Notes under the pieces: model-generated
What the model saw: only the letters and a program-made list of their open reading frames with translations
Told to the model about the DNA's origin: nothing
Databases searched by the model: none
Shown: piece by piece, positions 37,399-47,867 of the stretch
Position numbering within the stretch: the stretch's first letter is position 1
Layout of the letters: every line of letters starts with the position of its first letter
Position numbers and translations under genes: made by a program
DNA from: an uncultured Pseudomonadota bacterium
GTDB lineage: Bacteria; Vulcanimicrobiota; Vulcanimicrobiia; Eremiobacterales; Eremiobacteraceae
Length of the DNA stretch: 64,000 nucleotides
Reading direction: 5' to 3'
Assembly (NCBI GenBank): GCA_963736005.1
Contig: CAVTNB010000001.1
Span: 1,664,001-1,728,000 of the forward strand

Positions 37399-38712
37399 CT
37401 AGGCGTAGATGCCACGCGTCATCAAGCTATCGACCACGCGCCGGATGGCGAGCATGTAGGCCGCCGTTCTCAAGGTAACCTTGCGGTTCTCCGCTATATC
37501 CCAAACCGCCTCAAAGTTTTCTTTGAGCACGTCGCGGAGCCGCTCATTGACCTCGCTCTCTTTCCAATAGAACCCCATGCGGTCTTGGGCCCACTCGAAA
37601 TACGAAACCGTCACCCCGCCGGCGTTGGCGAGAATATCGGGGATCACGGTTACGCCCGCTTGTGAAAACATTCCATCGGCGGCGGGTGTCGTGGGACCAT
37701 TTGCCCCTTCCGCGATCAGGTGTGCTTTGATCTTCGACGCGTTTTCCACCGTCAGTTGGTTTTCGATTGCTGCCGGAACGAGAATGTCGCAGGGCAACTC
37801 GAGCAGTTCAGTATTGCTCACTCGCTCTCCCGAAAACCCCTCCAGCGAACGCCGCTGGTTGTTGGGTGAGTTCACATACGCGATGGCCGCTTCCACGTCG
37901 ACGCCAGTCTTGTTGTATAAACCCCCGAACTGATCGCTCAACCCAATGACAATTGCGCCATGCTCGTGCAGAAGTTTTGCCGTGATAGAACCGACATTCC
38001 CAAAGCCCTGCACGACCACTCGTTGTCCGGCGAGCGACTTGCCCATTTTCTCGAGCGCCGACTGAATGGTAATCATAACGCCGCGGCCGGTCGCCTCAAC
38101 TCGCCCGCGCGATCCGCCCACGTTGAGCGGCTTCCCCGTGACCACCCCCGGCGTATGGTAGCGGTTGTGCATGGAAACCGTGTCCATGATCCAGGCCATC
38201 GTCTGCGGATTCGTGCCTACGTCAGGCGCAGCTACATCCTTGTCCGGCCCGATCACTTCGATGATATCGGCGGCATAGCGGCGCGTGAGACGTTCCAGCT
38301 CGCCTCGCGAAAGTTTGGATGGATCGCACGTCACCCCACCTTTACCACCGCCGAACGGAATATCGACCACGGCACACTTCCAGGTCATCCAAAAGGCGAG
38401 CGCCGTCACTTCATCCAGTGTCACATCGGGGTGATAACGAAGGCCGCCCTTCGCTGGGCCCCGGGCGAAACTATACTGCACGCGATACCCCGTGTACACT
38501 TCAAAATCGCCATTGTCGCGCTGAAAGGGAATTGAGATGATGACTTGTCGCGCTGGGTGCGTGAGGATGCGCTTGATATTAGGGTTGAGATCTAAGTTGG
38601 CGGCCGCTTCATTGAAATAGTCCATCGCCTCGCCGAAGACCGATTCGTGGTCGGTCTTGTGGGGATCTGCGGAAGTGGTTCCTTTTGGGCTGTCGCCGCT
38701 TGCGGATGCCAT
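37399..38712 (-). CDS. gdhA: Glutamate dehydrogenase
   Basis: GPAKGGLRYHP, GGGKGG, QGFGNVG, EGANGPTT, NAGGVTVSYFEW. Confidence 0.95.
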   Translation of the reverse strand: MASASGDSPKGTTSADPHKTDHESVFGEAMDYFNEAAANLDLNPNIKRILTHPARQVIISIPFQRDNGDFEVYTGYRVQYSFARGPAKGGLRYHPDVTLDEVTALAFWMTWKCAVVDIPFGGGKGGVTCDPSKLSRGELERLTRRYAADIIEVIGPDKDVAAPDVGTNPQTMAWIMDTVSMHNRYHTPGVVTGKPLNVGGSRGRVEATGRGVMITIQSALEKMGKSLAGQRVVVQGFGNVGSITAKLLHEHGAIVIGLSDQFGGLYNKTGVDVEAAIAYVNSPNNQRRSLEGFSGERVSNTELLELPCDILVPAAIENQLTVENASKIKAHLIAEGANGPTTPAADGMFSQAGVTVIPDILANAGGVTVSYFEWAQDRMGFYWKESEVNERLRDVLKENFEAVWDIAENRKVTLRTAAYMLAIRRVVDSLMTRGIYA

Positions 38713-38727
38713 GCTCGTCTCTCCAGT

Positions 38728-39819
38728 TCAAACATTAAATCGAAAGTTGACGACGTCACCTTCCCGCATCACGTAGTCTCGCCCCTCGCTGCGCAAGAGA
38801 CCGGCATCTTTGACGGCGTTGAGGCTGCTGAGGCGCTGCAAGTCTTCAAACGAAGCGATTTCTGCGCGAATGAAACCTCTCTCAATGTCGCTGTGAATCT
38901 TGCCCGCAGCCTCTGGTGCCTTGGTTCCTTGCGTGATCGTCCAGGCCCGCGTCTCCTTTTCTCCTGCGGTGAGAAATGTCATGAGCCGGAGCAGGCGGTA
39001 GGCCGTCACAATGAGCCGATCGAGTCCACGCGACTCCATCCCAAGTTCGCGCGCAAACGCATCTGCCTCCGCTGGTGGAAGACCCGAAAGCTCTTCTTCA
39101 AGTTTCGCAGACAGCGCTATGACTTCTGAACCTTCGGTGCGCGCGCGGTGTTGAAGCTGTTCTACACCATGCGATGACGAAGCAGTGGATGCTTCATCAA
39201 CGTTGGCGACGTAGAGCAGCGGCTTTGCGGTGAGGAGTGACAGTTCCTTTGCAAGCGAAGCTTCCTCCGTCTGCGGACCAAACGTCCGCGCGGGCGTACC
39301 TTCGTTGAGCACCGATGCGATGCGTTCGAGCGCGCTAACCTCTTCTGCGAGCTTCGCATCCGCCTTGGCTCGCGGACGCGATTTTTCCAGACGCCGTTCA
39401 ACGGTGGTGAGGTCAGCGAGCGCGAGTTCGATTTGGAGAATCTCAACGTCTCGAATGGGATCGGGGGCACCCTCGACGTGGATGATGTTGCGATCTTCAA
39501 AACAGCGCACGACCATCGCGACGGCGTCGACCTCGCGGATGTGCGAGAGAAAAGCGTTGCCGAGCCCCTCGCCTTTTGAAGCGCCACGGACTAAGCCTGC
39601 GATATCAATGAAGGTGGTGGTCGCGGGCACGATTTGTTTGCTCTTGAAAATGTCCGCCAGCACCGCAAGCCTTGCATCCGGCACTGGCACAATGCCAAGG
39701 TTTGGGTCGATGGTTGCAAAGGGATAGTTTGAAGCCACCACGCTGCTGCGCGTCATGGCGTTGAAGAGCGTCGACTTTCCCACGTTGGGCAAGCCAACGA
39801 TGCCGCAGGCGAGCGACAC
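38728..39819 (-). CDS. ychF: Redox-regulated ATPase YchF
   Basis: GIVGLPNVGKSTLFNA, NYPFATIDPN, DIAGLV-GAS-GEGLGN. Confidence 0.97.
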   Translation of the reverse strand: MSLACGIVGLPNVGKSTLFNAMTRSSVVASNYPFATIDPNLGIVPVPDARLAVLADIFKSKQIVPATTTFIDIAGLVRGASKGEGLGNAFLSHIREVDAVAMVVRCFEDRNIIHVEGAPDPIRDVEILQIELALADLTTVERRLEKSRPRAKADAKLAEEVSALERIASVLNEGTPARTFGPQTEEASLAKELSLLTAKPLLYVANVDEASTASSSHGVEQLQHRARTEGSEVIALSAKLEEELSGLPPAEADAFARELGMESRGLDRLIVTAYRLLRLMTFLTAGEKETRAWTITQGTKAPEAAGKIHSDIERGFIRAEIASFEDLQRLSSLNAVKDAGLLRSEGRDYVMREGDVVNFRFNV

Positions 39820-40637
39820 TACGTTTGTGTGGGCAACGCTTGGGCGTCTGCCTGGTCCACCTTGGGCAGAAATCCTTGGTCTTGCAGATCCGTTGCGATG
39901 AGCTCGCGCAGGGATGAGGTCGCTGCGTGTGCTTGCTTGCGCTTGACTTGAAAGTGGACTCGAAACGTTGCGCCGCTGGGTGTCACATCGGTCAGCATCA
40001 CGGCCAGATCGTCGACGTCGATGCCGCTCTTCTTGACGGCCTTTTCTGCGATGTTGGTGAGCTGTTCGCGCAGCGATCCAATGCTGCCACGCAAAGGAAC
40101 GATGAAATCGACGCTGAGCCGAAGCGGCAACCGGGTCGAATTGGCCGCGTACACAATGCTGCCGTAGGGAACCGAGACCAAGTAACCGCGGTCGTCCACC
40201 AAGCGCACCTCTCGTAGGCTTATTGCCTCGATGACGCCGTGAATGACGCCATTCCCGGTCGTCAACTCGGCGCCATCGCCGACGTCGAACGTGTCCTCAA
40301 AGAGATAAAACGCGCCGGTGAGCACGTCGCGAACGATGGACTGCGCGCCGACGCCGATCACGATTCCGAAGACGCCGGCCGAAAAGAGCGCCGGCGCCAC
40401 GTTGACGCGCCAAATATTGAGCAGTTCGAGGATGAGAAAAAAGAAAATGAGGACGCCGCTCATGGACCGCGTTATGCCGAAGTACGTCGAAACTCGCGGA
40501 ATGATCCGGCTCGCAAAGCGCCGCGCGTAAAATTTTGTGATTCCGGCTTCAATAAGGCGCCACAGGAGGAATGCAACGACGATTGCGATGACCGTCGCGA
40601 ACCATTCATGGCTAACGTTGAGCCTAAAAAACTGCAC
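39819..40637 (-). CDS. MscS mechanosensitive channel family protein
   Basis: 3 TM segments, GVGAQSIVRDVLTG-F-LFE--F-VGD. Confidence 0.88.
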   Translation of the reverse strand: MQFFRLNVSHEWFATVIAIVVAFLLWRLIEAGITKFYARRFASRIIPRVSTYFGITRSMSGVLIFFFLILELLNIWRVNVAPALFSAGVFGIVIGVGAQSIVRDVLTGAFYLFEDTFDVGDGAELTTGNGVIHGVIEAISLREVRLVDDRGYLVSVPYGSIVYAANSTRLPLRLSVDFIVPLRGSIGSLREQLTNIAEKAVKKSGIDVDDLAVMLTDVTPSGATFRVHFQVKRKQAHAATSSLRELIATDLQDQGFLPKVDQADAQALPTQT

Positions 40638-40753
40638 GCTTGGGCGCTTTCACCCTATGTGGAGGCTGTCCTGTCATATGCGTTTCGCACGATAGGAACC
40701 GGTTTTTTTGAAGCGAAGGCCTGCCGGCAATCCCATTGTGAGGCGGGAGCTAC

Positions 40754-41230
40754 ATGCGGCAGATGAAGGTGGACAAACTCGGCATCGACTTGCTGACGCA
40801 TGATCCTGTTGTCATTCTCAAGGATCTCGAAGGCAAGCGCTATCTGCCCATCCTCATCGGGCCGTTCGAGGCGACCGCCATCATGTTGGCCCTCGAAGCT
40901 CAGTCGGTGCCGCGCCCGCTCTCGCACGATCTGATGAAAGCCATCTTGGATAACCTCAACGCCAAGTTGACCAAAATCATCATCCACGATATCAAGGATA
41001 GCACGTTCTATGCCAAGCTCGTGGTCGAGGCGGGTGGAGAAGACCAGGAGATCGACGCTCGGCCAAGTGATTGCATCGCGCTTGCGCTGCGCGCCAACGC
41101 TCCTATCTTCGTCACCGATAAGATTGCGCTCGAAGAGTCCGTCTACGACAAGAAGACGGAGGAAGAAGAAATGCAGCGCTTCCACAAGTATATCGAGAAC
41201 CTCAAGCCGAGCGACTTCAAAGAATCCTAG
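40754..41230 (+). CDS. Bifunctional nuclease (DUF151) family protein
   Basis: LPILIGPFEA, RPLSHDL, DARPSDCIALA. Confidence 0.92.
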   Translation: MRQMKVDKLGIDLLTHDPVVILKDLEGKRYLPILIGPFEATAIMLALEAQSVPRPLSHDLMKAILDNLNAKLTKIIIHDIKDSTFYAKLVVEAGGEDQEIDARPSDCIALALRANAPIFVTDKIALEESVYDKKTEEEEMQRFHKYIENLKPSDFKES

Positions 41231-41245
41231 CGTTTCCTTTGGAAT

Positions 41246-41297
41246 GTAGCGGGCGACTGTCAAGTCGCCCATCTAGTCGCGCGAATTTATTCGCGCG
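41246..41297 (+). repeat. REP pair (class B plus class A)
   Basis: gtagcgggcgactgtcaagtcgccc and ctagtcgcgcgaatttattcgcgcg. Confidence 0.88.
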
Positions 41298-41308
41298 TGG
41301 AGATAAAC

Positions 41309-42109
41309 GTGAAAGAGCAAGCCGAAATCGGAGTCTTTGGAGGCTCAGGCTTCTACTCGCTGCTGGAAAATCAGCGTGACGTCAAAGTTGAAACTCCCTA
41401 TGGCTCGCCCAGCGATGAGTTCGCACTCGGCGAGATCGCGGGCAAGCGCGTTGCTTTCTTACCGCGGCACGGGCGAGCGCACTCCCTGCCTCCTCACATG
41501 ATCAACTACCGCGCAAATCTCTGGGCGATGAAGGAACTCGGGGTGCAGCGCATCATCGGGCCATGCGCCTCTGGGTCGCTCAAGGCGAGCGTCAAGCCAG
41601 GTCACTTTGTCGTGTGCGATCAGCTGGTCGATCGCACGAATGGCCGCAAAGATACCTTCTACGATGGGCCAGTGACCACGCACGTTTCGTTCGCTTACCC
41701 ATATTGCTCGCAGTTGCGTCCCCTGGCAGTCCAGATCATCAAGGATGCGGGCATTGTCTGCCACGATCGCGGCACGGTGGTGACGATTCAGGGTCCGCGC
41801 TTTTCCACCGTGGCAGAGAGCCGCTGGTACTCGTCGCACGCCTGGGAAGTGATCAATATGACGCAGTATCCCGAGGCGTACTTGTCGCGCGAGCTGGAGA
41901 TGTGTTACGTCAATATCTCGCTCATCACCGACTTCGATGTGGGCCTTGAGGGGCAGGCCGGCATTGAGCCCGTGACCCATGAAGGCGTGATCGCTGTTTT
42001 CCAAGCTAACAACCAAAAAGTGAAGGCAGTCATCTTGGCCATGATCGAGCGGATGCCTCAGCAACGTGAGTGCGCGTGCGGCTCTGCTCTACAAGGGGCG
42101 CGCCTTTAG
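41309..42109 (+). CDS. mtnP: 5'-methylthioadenosine phosphorylase
   Basis: GVFGGSG, TPYG-PS, RHG--H, GPRFST-AES, NMT--PE, TDFD. Confidence 0.92.
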   Translation: MKEQAEIGVFGGSGFYSLLENQRDVKVETPYGSPSDEFALGEIAGKRVAFLPRHGRAHSLPPHMINYRANLWAMKELGVQRIIGPCASGSLKASVKPGHFVVCDQLVDRTNGRKDTFYDGPVTTHVSFAYPYCSQLRPLAVQIIKDAGIVCHDRGTVVTIQGPRFSTVAESRWYSSHAWEVINMTQYPEAYLSRELEMCYVNISLITDFDVGLEGQAGIEPVTHEGVIAVFQANNQKVKAVILAMIERMPQQRECACGSALQGARL

Positions 42110-42117
42110 TCAAAAAG

Positions 42118-42142
42118 GTCGCGAATAAATTCGCGACACTAC
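42118..42142 (-). repeat. REP class A
   Basis: gtcgcgaataaattcgcgacactac. Confidence 0.85.
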
Positions 42143-42166
42143 ATAGCTAGGGCCGCTGAGCCTAGT

Positions 42167-43342
42167 TCAGTACTCCCATTGCGACTCTGGCACCACGTTG
42201 GGATTAACCACTGGCGGGGGCGTCTGATTGCCGGGGTAATCGAAGGTTGCGTTACCGCCACCATTCATTGTGACGTTGTTGGGAGTGTAAATTGCGCCGG
42301 TGAAATTCCCGTGCCCCCCGCCATTGATTGTCACGTCTGAATTGGCAACATAAAAGATGCCAACCGTCGTTGGCGTTCCGTGGAGCACGGTGCCGCCCGT
42401 CCCAAACACGTAGATAATATGCGTAAGGCTGACCGGTAGAGCCTGATAATCGGCATTGCCGCCGATGTTGACGTCGCCCATGACGACGGTCGTCGCGCAA
42501 TAGTTTGTGAGGCTGCCATTGCCGATAAGCGTGATGCTGCCACCAATGTAGGCGACGCAATTCGCACCATTGGAGCCAATCGTCCCACCGGTCACGCTGC
42601 CTGACGTGTAATAGTTCGCTCCGCCGCTTTGTGCTTGTTGTAGTGTGTTGCTTTGAATCGTCGCAAGCTGCGCTGAAGTCAGAAACGTCGGTGGCGTTGC
42701 GTTGATGTGGGCCACGTGGTCATAGCCGACGATGGCATTGCTCGTGCCGGTCGCATAAGAGTTGCCATCCGGAGTTTGGCCGCCACCACTGGAAGCGATT
42801 GTGCCGCAGCGGATATCAGCGCTGTGCTTGCCTGAAGTATCGGTTATCTGCTGGTGACTGATCTGGCCCGTCTTGCCGCAAGTAATCGCACCTGGAAGCA
42901 AATATGTCGGAGGACCGGGTATGACCATCTGCTCAACATACACCGTCCGCCCGCCCAAGATCGACGATGCCCAACCCGCAAGCAGCGCCTGGCCAGCCGG
43001 AACGTTGATTTTTGCTGATACCTTGGGATCTGGATCGTTCACGTTTGAGGCACCGCCTCCGTGCAATTGGTTTGACCAGATACTCCAATTGTACGTGTAG
43101 CCATTCACGACGCCACTGCCTGAAGTCGCCACCGAATTCCCATCGATGCTCCATTGGGCGACGTTGACGCCCGTCTCAGCCGCGTCAAAGGTCTGGTTTT
43201 TGGTCTGAACGCTCAGGGCATCGCTTGCAGAATACGAAGAATTCGACAACACTGCCACTGCAACGAGTAAGAGGATAACGACGAGGAACAAGGCGAGGAC
43301 CATCGACATGCCCCGTTGTCTGCGCGAGTTCGAAATCTGCAT
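42167..43342 (-). CDS. PilX-like minor pilin/tip protein
   Basis: QRG-MSMVLAL..., AAETGV; Gly/Asn-rich beta C-terminus ending SQWEY. Confidence 0.8.
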   Translation of the reverse strand: MQISNSRRQRGMSMVLALFLVVILLLVAVAVLSNSSYSASDALSVQTKNQTFDAAETGVNVAQWSIDGNSVATSGSGVVNGYTYNWSIWSNQLHGGGASNVNDPDPKVSAKINVPAGQALLAGWASSILGGRTVYVEQMVIPGPPTYLLPGAITCGKTGQISHQQITDTSGKHSADIRCGTIASSGGGQTPDGNSYATGTSNAIVGYDHVAHINATPPTFLTSAQLATIQSNTLQQAQSGGANYYTSGSVTGGTIGSNGANCVAYIGGSITLIGNGSLTNYCATTVVMGDVNIGGNADYQALPVSLTHIIYVFGTGGTVLHGTPTTVGIFYVANSDVTINGGGHGNFTGAIYTPNNVTMNGGGNATFDYPGNQTPPPVVNPNVVPESQWEY

Positions 43343-43349
43343 ATCGCCT

Positions 43350-43997
43350 CTAGTTTCTCGTTTCTATATCGGTCTGGTAGGTCGTTTCATTCAGGGCGCC
43401 GTTGACGGTACTCTGCGCCTGCATCTGAAAAGTCACTTTGCGTCCAGGCGCAGGAGCGGAGAGCGAAAGCCGCTCAACGAAACGCGCAAGCTGCATACCG
43501 CCGCGAGCAGTTACATCGATCACCGCGTTTTGAGCGTCTACTGAGTTCAACAAGCGATCCGTGGTATACGTGCTCGGTTGATCAAACGCAACGTTGAGAT
43601 TGCCGACCGCATCCACCCAATAGACCGTTGCGCCTTGCCAATCTGGCTTAGCCACTGCGTCCAATTGGAACGGTCCAGTTCCCGACAAATAGGCACTCGA
43701 CATGACAATGGCTGACGTACTGGAGAGCGTCGGTCCAGGAGTAGCGCACGCTGGCGACGCGCCGGTCGTGCACGCGTAAATAGAACCAACGTCAGTATTT
43801 CGCAGGTCACGCTGAACGCGGTAGAGCGCCATCGCCGCCGCCTGAACGGTATCTACTTTTGCCTGGGTTTGGTCTTGGGAGCGCAGCAGTGGACCAATGA
43901 TGAACGCGATCGCGCTCATGATCAATCCCAAGACAAAGATCGTCGACAACATCTCGGCAATTGTATATCCTCGTTGCGCGGCGCTACTTCGTGACAT
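43350..43997 (-). CDS. Type IV minor pilin (PilW-like)
   Basis: Prepilin motif QRG-YTIAE. Confidence 0.82.
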   Translation of the reverse strand: MSRSSAAQRGYTIAEMLSTIFVLGLIMSAIAFIIGPLLRSQDQTQAKVDTVQAAAMALYRVQRDLRNTDVGSIYACTTGASPACATPGPTLSSTSAIVMSSAYLSGTGPFQLDAVAKPDWQGATVYWVDAVGNLNVAFDQPSTYTTDRLLNSVDAQNAVIDVTARGGMQLARFVERLSLSAPAPGRKVTFQMQAQSTVNGALNETTYQTDIETRN

Positions 43998-44421
43998 AGC
44001 TTTGCACGGTAACAGATCGAGGTGCGTTTACTTCTGTCCAGGAAACGATAACAGAGCACAAGTAGACGTTGGCACCGCTGGTGCCGGTGAACTGCTTCGT
44101 TGAACACCCATCCGGCGTCACAGCGAAGTTACCGTAGTTTGAATTGTTTTGCCCGTTGGCCATGAATGACTGGCCCGCATCAATGGGAACTGTTGTCGCC
44201 GAGGGCATTGCATTTGCTTGGAGCAAAGCGTCATGTTCGTCGTCCAGGTATTGTTGGGCGACTGCAACTGCCTGCACGTGAATCGCATTCGTCTGGACGC
44301 TGTTAAACCCAAACGGAACCACCGAGAGCATTGCCAAAATAGCGAGAAGCAAGACGATCATCGCGATCATCGTTTCAATAAGGGTGAAGCCACGTTCTCG
44401 TTTGCTTGAGCGACGACGCAT
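43984..44421 (-). CDS. Type IV minor pilin (PilV-like)
   Basis: Prepilin motif ERG-FTLIE, C-terminal V-VSW. Confidence 0.87.
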   Translation of the reverse strand: MRRRSSKRERGFTLIETMIAMIVLLLAILAMLSVVPFGFNSVQTNAIHVQAVAVAQQYLDDEHDALLQANAMPSATTVPIDAGQSFMANGQNNSNYGNFAVTPDGCSTKQFTGTSGANVYLCSVIVSWTEVNAPRSVTVQSYVTK

Positions 44422-44565
44422 ACTTATAGTCTAACCTTTTCTCTGTGCGTGCGAAAGGCAAGCGACCACTTTCATCTTAGGTCCGAACGTAGATGCACGC
44501 TATGAGCAGTGCGCTAGGTCACACTGGGACCCTTGGTCGTGCATGTCATATGCGATGGTTCGTGG

Positions 44566-45654
44566 TTAAACGGAGCGGAGCTGGACTTGGAGCCAGCCCA
44601 ACACGTTTACTGGAGGAATGTTCGTCTCGTCTGCAATGCGCGCCGCCTCGTTCACCGCAGACAACGCCACGATGAGCCGTGTGGCTGCGTCGGAACCAAG
44701 TGCTTGCGCTGCCGTCCGATACGTGCGAAGCGATTCTCTGTCAAGGACCTGATCCTCGGTTCCAAGCGCAACCATAAGGACGTCTCGCACAGCCAGCCGG
44801 GCACCGCGCAGCACCTCGACGATCTCGGCCCGTGCGTTGTCCTTTGAGAGCTCAGGTATGGTGGATATCGCACGCGGGGTGCGCAGGCACGCTAGCGCCC
44901 AGTCTCGCGAAGCCTGAGAGAGCGAATCGCCCACTTCATCGAGCGCAGCGATCGCATCGCCGAGGCTACCTTGCGCCTTGCGAGCCAGCAAACGCGCACG
45001 CTCGCCCTCGACTTCATGATGCGCAACCAGCGAGTCAGCAATCTCTGACTCTGACAGCGCGTTGAAGCGCAGGCTGGTGGTGCGCGAGCGGATGGTCGGC
45101 AAGACTTTGTCGGGTCGCTCGGCGGTCAACAAAAAGAGCTTGCCGGGATTTGGCTCTTCGAGCTCTTTGAGCAGCGCGTTGTAGACCGCATCGTTGGTCA
45201 CGAAATCGAAATTTGGAATGATGCAGATCATCCTTCCGCCTTCGTAGCTGTGCATCTGCATGAGCGTAATGATGCGGCGAGACGTTTCAATTCCCATGAC
45301 GTCGGTTTTGCGCTCGATGCTCTTGCCGGCCAGCCGGTCGGCTTCCCGGATGAATTCCTCGCTGATGACGATCGTATCCCCGGAGGACCCCGCAAGCGCG
45401 CGCTGGCAGGGGCCGCACTCGCCGCAAAAGCCCAGCGGGAAACTGCGCGGCCGCTCGCAATGCAGCGTCATCGCGAGCATCTTCGCAAACGTGAGCTTGC
45501 CGACGCCGCGTTGACCCCAAAAGAGATATGCTTGGGCGAGCTTATTCGGACCAACGCGGGTGAAATAGTCAATCACCGCCGGCTGACCGACAAACGGCGC
45601 GAGCGGCTTCGGCCGCGATGGTTCCTGGGGCTTGGGTTCCTTCGTCTTAGCCAT
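44566..45654 (-). CDS. holB: DNA polymerase III delta' subunit
   Basis: AYLF-G-RGVGK, CGECGPC, NALLK-LEEP, LPTIRSR. Confidence 0.9.
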   Translation of the reverse strand: MAKTKEPKPQEPSRPKPLAPFVGQPAVIDYFTRVGPNKLAQAYLFWGQRGVGKLTFAKMLAMTLHCERPRSFPLGFCGECGPCQRALAGSSGDTIVISEEFIREADRLAGKSIERKTDVMGIETSRRIITLMQMHSYEGGRMICIIPNFDFVTNDAVYNALLKELEEPNPGKLFLLTAERPDKVLPTIRSRTTSLRFNALSESEIADSLVAHHEVEGERARLLARKAQGSLGDAIAALDEVGDSLSQASRDWALACLRTPRAISTIPELSKDNARAEIVEVLRGARLAVRDVLMVALGTEDQVLDRESLRTYRTAAQALGSDAATRLIVALSAVNEAARIADETNIPPVNVLGWLQVQLRSV

Positions 45655-46267
45655 GCCAGCGCGAGAGCACCTCGGTGCGAATCTTCACGGCGAGCTCCTC
45701 CTCGGGCAGCGTGCCGTCCACGACGACAAAGCGCTCGGGCTCGACGGCCGCGAGTTTGCGATACCCTTGGGCAACTCGCTCGTGGAAATTGTTCGCTTCA
45801 CCTTCAAGCCGGTCGGCGCTGCGCCCCCGCAGGCGTTGCCGAGAAACATCAAGTGGAACGTGCAACAGGAAGGTGACGTCGGGGCTCAAGCGCCGCGCCG
45901 CAAACATCGTCAGGTACATCAAGGAATCAATTGGGAGACCTCTGCCGTATCCCTGATAGGCGATCGTCGCATCCCAAAAGCGGTCGCAAACGACAAGCCG
46001 GCCTTCTTGTAGGGCGGGCTCGATCACCTTGTCGACGAGTTCTGCCCGCGAGGCGCAGAGCAGCAAGGCTTCGGTTTCCCTTGACATCTGACCCAGCGGA
46101 TCGATGAGGAGCTCGCGAACGCGCTCGCCGAGCGGCGTGCCGCCCGGCTCGCGGGTGAATACAAACGGAATGGTAGTTTCTTCCAGCGCTTTGTGCAGCA
46201 GTCGAACCTGCGTCGACTTGCCCGCACCCTCGATGCCTTCGAAGGTAACGAACAGCCCGCCCTTTAT
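45647..46267 (-). CDS. tmk: Thymidylate kinase (apparent ATA start)
   Basis: Frame extends upstream of the listed ORF to LFVTFEGIEGAGKSTQ...TREPGGT; also CDRF, AYQGYGRG. Confidence 0.92.
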   Translation of the reverse strand: MKGGLFVTFEGIEGAGKSTQVRLLHKALEETTIPFVFTREPGGTPLGERVRELLIDPLGQMSRETEALLLCASRAELVDKVIEPALQEGRLVVCDRFWDATIAYQGYGRGLPIDSLMYLTMFAARRLSPDVTFLLHVPLDVSRQRLRGRSADRLEGEANNFHERVAQGYRKLAAVEPERFVVVDGTLPEEELAVKIRTEVLSRWHG

Positions 46268-47845
46268 CGAGCCGCCTCCTGAAAGACACGCACCCGACGA
46301 TTAGGTTCAATGCCGGTCGAGCGAGACTGCAAATTGTATTTCTCCACGAGTTGATGCTGCAGGCGGCGGATATACGACGATTGCGGCGAGAGCTCCACGG
46401 GCTTGTGGTGGAGCATGACTTGATAGGTCGCTTCCTCCGCCTCGCGAAGGGCGACCTCTTCTTCGTCGCCCGATGGCATGTCGTAGAGGTCCTTCAAGCA
46501 ATTCTGGATCTGCGCCGTGGTGTTTGTCTTGATTGCATAAATGGGAACGTTCTGGGCCGCGATGTCTCGCAGCTTTCCGTTGTCGCGGCGCTCGAGCGCC
46601 TTGAGGGTCAGCACGACGTCGGCATCATCCCACTTTCGGGCGACCGCCGCCGGGACGCGAAGGTTATTGATAGCCCGCTCGATCTTTGCGCGGCTCACGC
46701 CGTACGGAAAGATGCGAACGATGTCACCCGATTCCTCTTCGCTCTCGCCGTCGGCAAATGCCGCCTCGCGTTCGTAGACTTGGCGACGTGCAGGGCGCGT
46801 AGCGCGTCTGCACCGTTTGTTTTTCGGCTTGTTGGAACACTTCGACGCCGCCCGAGGCATTGCGAACTCGCACTTCAGGCCGCGGCTGTTGGCCGCGCAG
46901 CATGGCGTCCACCACTTCGTCGATGGGCGCGTGAATGGCCAGGCGATTGCGGTCTTGTATTTCGATGACCACGTCAAACGTCGGCGAGGCCTTGCGCTCG
47001 AGCACGGTCTTGCGCGTGCCGCGACGGCGCGCTTCTTCATCGGAGAGCGTTACCGCACCGATGCCGCCGATGAGATCGCATAACGTCGGATTCATGAGCA
47101 GGCTCTCAAGATCGATGCCATGTGCGGTGCCGATCAGCTGAACACCCCGCTCAGCGATCGTCCGCGCCGCGATCGCTTCGGCTTCTGTGCCGATCTCATC
47201 GATGACGACGACTTCGGGCATGTGATTTTCGACCGCTTCGATCATAACTGCGTGCTGGTTCGCGGGCATGTCGACTTGCAATCGTCGCGCGTGCCCGATG
47301 CCGGCATGAGGAACATCGCCGTCTCCCGCGATCTCGTTGCTCGTGTCCACGACGACCACGCGCTTTCGAAGATCTCCTGAGAGGACGCGCGCAACCTCGC
47401 GCAGCATGGTCGTCTTGCCGACGCCCGGTTTGCCCAGCAACAGCAAAGATTTTCCCGAACGCACCACATCAAGGATGATGTCGATCGTCCCATACACGGC
47501 TCGACCGACTCGACAGGTCAACCCCACGATCTTGCCGCCTCGGTTGCGCAGGCATGAGATGCGGTGCAGCGTTTTTTCAATGCCCGCTCGGTTGTCTTTG
47601 CCAAATTCGCCAACCCTGCTGGTCACGTGCGCGATGTCTTCCGGCGTGACCGGCACGTCTGCTAGGTAGCCAAAGTCACGCGGGAACCTCGCCTCGGGCA
47701 GTCTGCCCAAGTCCAAGATGACCTCGATGAGTTGGTCGAGGTGGGGAAGACGCGTCAGCGCTTGGCAGATATTTGGCGGGAAGATGTCGAGGAGGGCTGC
47801 TAGTTCCCAGTCGCTCGATTGAGTCTGGGCAAGGTCCTCTTTCAA
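46264..47845 (-). pseudogene. Ycf45/SpoIIIAA-like AAA+ ATPase with C-terminal R3H domain, split by a +1 frameshift near 46795
   Basis: ORF 46724-47845 holds GKPGVGKTT/DTSNEIAG/IDEIG; the R3H part (IRRLQH) is in another frame, ORF 46264-47040. Confidence 0.8.
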
Positions 47846-47867
47846 AAAATCGTCACCTCAGTGGACG

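Noticed and set aside
44422..44565. c-di-GMP riboswitch upstream of the minor pilins
   Set aside because: Only a fragmentary resemblance; no GNRA tetraloop/receptor two-stem architecture found
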